24,000 nucleotides of DNA from Candidatus Geocrenenecus dongiae (GTDB lineage: Archaea > Thermoproteota > Nitrososphaeria_A > Caldarchaeales > Wolframiiraptoraceae). The stretch spans positions 5,546-29,545 of the forward strand of contig JALNLN010000019.1 of the NCBI GenBank assembly GCA_023267855.1, written 5' to 3'. Below, one piece after another: positions 21,768 through 24,000 of the stretch. The position numbers were made by a program, and so were the translations under genes. Numbering within the stretch: the first letter of the stretch is position 1; each line of letters begins with the position of its first letter. The notes beneath the pieces were generated by a model. It did no database searches. It worked only from the letters and a program-made list of their open reading frames with translations, and had not been told where the DNA came from.

Positions 21768-22000
21768 CTCTTCTCCAATACTCTAACCTAAACTAAAAAT
21801 GTAATCCATAATCTTAAGTCTTCTCTTTCAAATAATGGGATAAGACTCTAAAACATAAATCCCCTTATTCAGTTTTTAGATAAGATTTTTAATATCCTTT
21901 TCTCATGTACTTTAATAATCTAAACGTTTTATGTAAGGTTTTTCAAAAACTTTTAACCGTTACTTCCTTAGTTATTAAAGAAGGGAGAGTGTAGTTACTT

Positions 22001-22729
22001 ATGTTTGAGAAGGAACCTGATAAAACTACTAAAGAAGTCTTGATGGCTAGGATAGCTGGCGAGATAATCTTATCGGAATCTCCGGGTAATGTTATGAGGA
22101 AGTGGAGACAGCTTTTCGAATTAAATCAGAGTGAACTTGCAAAATACATGAATATATCTCCATCTGTTCTAAGTGATTACGAAAATAATAGGAGGAAGTC
22201 TCCCGGAGCATCATTCATCAGGAAGTTTGTTAAAGCATTGATAGAAGCTGATCTTCAGAGAGGTGGTGTGCATTTTAGACGTTACTCGATGCTTCATAGA
22301 GATCTAAGCGTAGCCATACTAGATATGGGAGAATTTAATGTGCCTAGAACAATTAAAGAAATTTCTGAAGCTTTAGAAGGAGTTCTATTTGTAGGCAAAG
22401 ATTGGGATAATGAGTTAGTCTATGGATACACTATAGTAGATAGTCTTGCAGCAATAAAAAACTTGGAAGCACTTGATTTTCTATATCTCTTTGGAAAGAA
22501 CCCTACCAGGGTAATAGTTTTCACAAAAGTAAGTAGAGGTAGATCTCCAATGGTTGCTGTCCGCCTATACCCAATAAAACCTAAAATGATAGTTATACAT
22601 GGACCTAGAATTCCAGAAGAAGTTGATAGTTTCGCTATAGAGTTAGCTGAACTTGAAGGTGTATCTTTCTGCTTATCATTACTAAAAACCTTAGATGAGT
22701 TAATGGATCGTTTGAGAAAACTCATCTAG
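22001..22729 (+). CDS. XRE-type HTH transcriptional regulator with an archaeal C-terminal domain (COG1395-like)
   Basis: HTH_3 region RKWRQLFELNQSELAKYMNISPSVLSDYENNRR, followed by about 150 aa of an uncharacterised domain. Confidence 0.7.
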   Translation: MFEKEPDKTTKEVLMARIAGEIILSESPGNVMRKWRQLFELNQSELAKYMNISPSVLSDYENNRRKSPGASFIRKFVKALIEADLQRGGVHFRRYSMLHRDLSVAILDMGEFNVPRTIKEISEALEGVLFVGKDWDNELVYGYTIVDSLAAIKNLEALDFLYLFGKNPTRVIVFTKVSRGRSPMVAVRLYPIKPKMIVIHGPRIPEEVDSFAIELAELEGVSFCLSLLKTLDELMDRLRKLI

Positions 22730-22829
22730 AATTTAGTCAGTATGCTACCAACTTTCCATCTTCCATTAGTTTTATTTCCTTCCATACTATCTTACTGGAT
22801 ATTTCCTCAACTATTCTTTATCTTCCTTT

Positions 22830-23768
22830 CTATCTAGATTCTATTCCAGCTATTAGTATTGGAAGGATTAGTGTTGCATCTCCATATACTGTTACATATT
22901 CTGCGTTTTCTTTTAATTTTCCCCATGTAATTGCTTCTGAGAGACGTGCACCACTTAGGCTTCCATCATATTCTACTGCCGTAGTTATCTGTACAGCGTA
23001 GTCTAAACCACCGCTAAACTGGTTCCACCAGAGGAGGAAATGTTTACTTATTCCTCCGCCGATTATCAATGCTCCAGAACATTTTGATTTAAAGGTTATT
23101 TCTGCAAGCTTATCTAGATCTCTGAAGAGGTTTAGTTTGAAGTCTCTATGTTTTTGGTGAAATAGCCAGATACAGGTTCCAATAGCTCCATCCACTATCC
23201 CTGGGACAAATATCTCGATTTCTCTCTTGTAAGCTGTTCTAAGTATCGTGTCTTCATCTTCAATATACTCTCCGAGAAGTCTACATAACTCGAAGCTACC
23301 TATCTCTCTAATTCCTTGGTCGTAAACATATTCTAGAAATTTATCCATAAACTTCTCTAGAGTTTCTCCATAGGATTTAGATGGTATGTAGATTGAGCCG
23401 AGTCTATGTATCCTTGATCTAGAAAGTTCTACATCATCTGATTCGAACTCTCCTGAATAGTATCCTGAAATACTTCTAGCTATATCATGATCCAACATAC
23501 CGCAGGTAGTAACAACTTTATGGAAATATCTTTCTCTCAAAGATTTAACTATGACTCCACGTGTACCTGTAGCTATGGGTGCAGCTGGAAATGAAATCCA
23601 CCTAACACAATCATCTTTACTCACCATCTTACGTAAAATGTCTACAGCTTTGGAAACATAGTAACATACGAATCCACCACTTTTCTGGAACTGTTTGATG
23701 AGCTCGGAGATAGATGTCTCTCCAGATACTTCTAGATCCCGTACACTCTCAAAACTCTTCTTCAACAT
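22830..23768 (-). CDS. dys: Deoxyhypusine synthase
   Basis: 312 aa. It has ...TTCGMLDHD..., the IIGGGISKHF (GGGxxKH) active-site region, and TTAVEYDGSLSGARLSEAITWGK. Confidence 0.88.
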   Translation of the reverse strand: MLKKSFESVRDLEVSGETSISELIKQFQKSGGFVCYYVSKAVDILRKMVSKDDCVRWISFPAAPIATGTRGVIVKSLRERYFHKVVTTCGMLDHDIARSISGYYSGEFESDDVELSRSRIHRLGSIYIPSKSYGETLEKFMDKFLEYVYDQGIREIGSFELCRLLGEYIEDEDTILRTAYKREIEIFVPGIVDGAIGTCIWLFHQKHRDFKLNLFRDLDKLAEITFKSKCSGALIIGGGISKHFLLWWNQFSGGLDYAVQITTAVEYDGSLSGARLSEAITWGKLKENAEYVTVYGDATLILPILIAGIESR

Positions 23769-23906
23769 TCACCAGCATTCCAGAAATGTAAAATTCTCTA
23801 TATAAGAATCTAGCGTGGGAATTTAGACTTGTTGGAGAATATTTCCTTAATGTTCTCACATACGCATAAAATTTTTATATTGCATGAAGACATAACTCTG
23901 GTTGTC

Positions 23907-24000
23907 TTGAAAAAGTTGGAGAGATCTGTAAAGAATAGAGTTATAGCTGGAGTTATTGGAGGACTAGCAGAGTATTTGGGAGTAGATGCTAATTTACTTA
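23907..24000 (+). CDS. PspC-domain membrane protein, N-terminal fragment (runs off the window)
   Basis: (L)KKLERSVKNRVIAGVIGGLAEYLGVDANLL matches the PspC-domain signature. The start is TTG 23907 or TTG 23916. Confidence 0.55.
   Translation, partial: MKKLERSVKNRVIAGVIGGLAEYLGVDANLL

Noticed and set aside
21935-21953. 19-nt near-palindrome AAGGTTTTT-c-AAAAACTTT upstream of the HTH regulator gene.
   Set aside because: It has one mismatch and consists of T5/A5 runs. By rough estimate such a match is expected by chance about once in the spacer DNA of this window. Its spacing differs from the 3779-3799 palindrome.
392-22725. Many 60-125-aa ORFs in the track lie antisense to, or overlap, long well-supported genes. 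Examples: 392-577, 918-1187, 1236-1481, 2377-2586, 5526-5714, 5718-6035, 6051-6236, 6421-6789, 6950-7135, 9431-9805, 10289-11134, 13784-14008, 15539-15889, 17051-17341, 17957-18139, 18519-18710, 20983-21174 and 22420-22725.
   Set aside because: Each lies inside a longer ORF with clear family motifs on the other strand or frame. Their products are low-complexity (Ser/Leu/Phe/Ile-rich), as expected from antisense AT-rich coding DNA.
1-24000. CRISPR arrays, cas genes, rRNA genes, inteins and prophage structural genes.
   Set aside because: I saw no regularly spaced direct repeats, no long GC-rich rRNA-like stretches, no split host proteins and no virus-like gene content anywhere in the window.

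Overview
The window is AT-rich (sampled stretches 28-37% G+C) with sharply GC-rich RNA genes. Gene content is archaeal and looks crenarchaeal or Desulfurococcales-like: ribosomal proteins L15e and S15, TFE, aIF6, aTrm56, deoxyhypusine synthase, Pcc1, a RecJ/Cdc45-like protein and an intron-containing tRNA. Lineage is inferred from gene content and base composition only.

Most of the window is compact housekeeping DNA with many 4-nt start/stop overlaps. Blocks in order:
- An ECF-transporter tail (ecfA', ecfT), a purine phosphoribosyltransferase and two tandem PurP paralogs.
- A metal ABC importer followed by a DtxR-like repressor, with a perfect 21-bp palindrome on the operon promoter.
- An rps15 / recJ-like / pcc1 cluster, then rpl15e, a large membrane-anchored beta-rich protein and guaA.
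- Two tRNA-Val genes with identical exons, one carrying an 18-nt intron.
- tfe and trm56.
- A dsrE-like / tusA / SQR-like sulfur-relay operon.
- An EthD-like gene, PAC2, aIF6, DUF424, an HTH regulator, deoxyhypusine synthase and a PspC fragment.

The non-ordinary part is 13031-15168, directly after tRNA-Val(UAC):
- a small DCD/EVE-like (PUA-fold) protein;
- a 244-aa orphan protein;
- a 5'-truncated tnpB (IS200/IS605 family);
- a ~160-nt, ~58% G+C, highly structured segment just after the tnpB stop. I read it as an omega-RNA / right-end remnant that runs straight into the orphan gene's start codon.

I also found an unlisted 52-codon CPxCG zinc-ribbon ORF that appears translationally coupled to a 12-codon leader ORF with a strong Shine-Dalgarno.

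All protein calls rest on motifs I recognise by eye. No searches were run.
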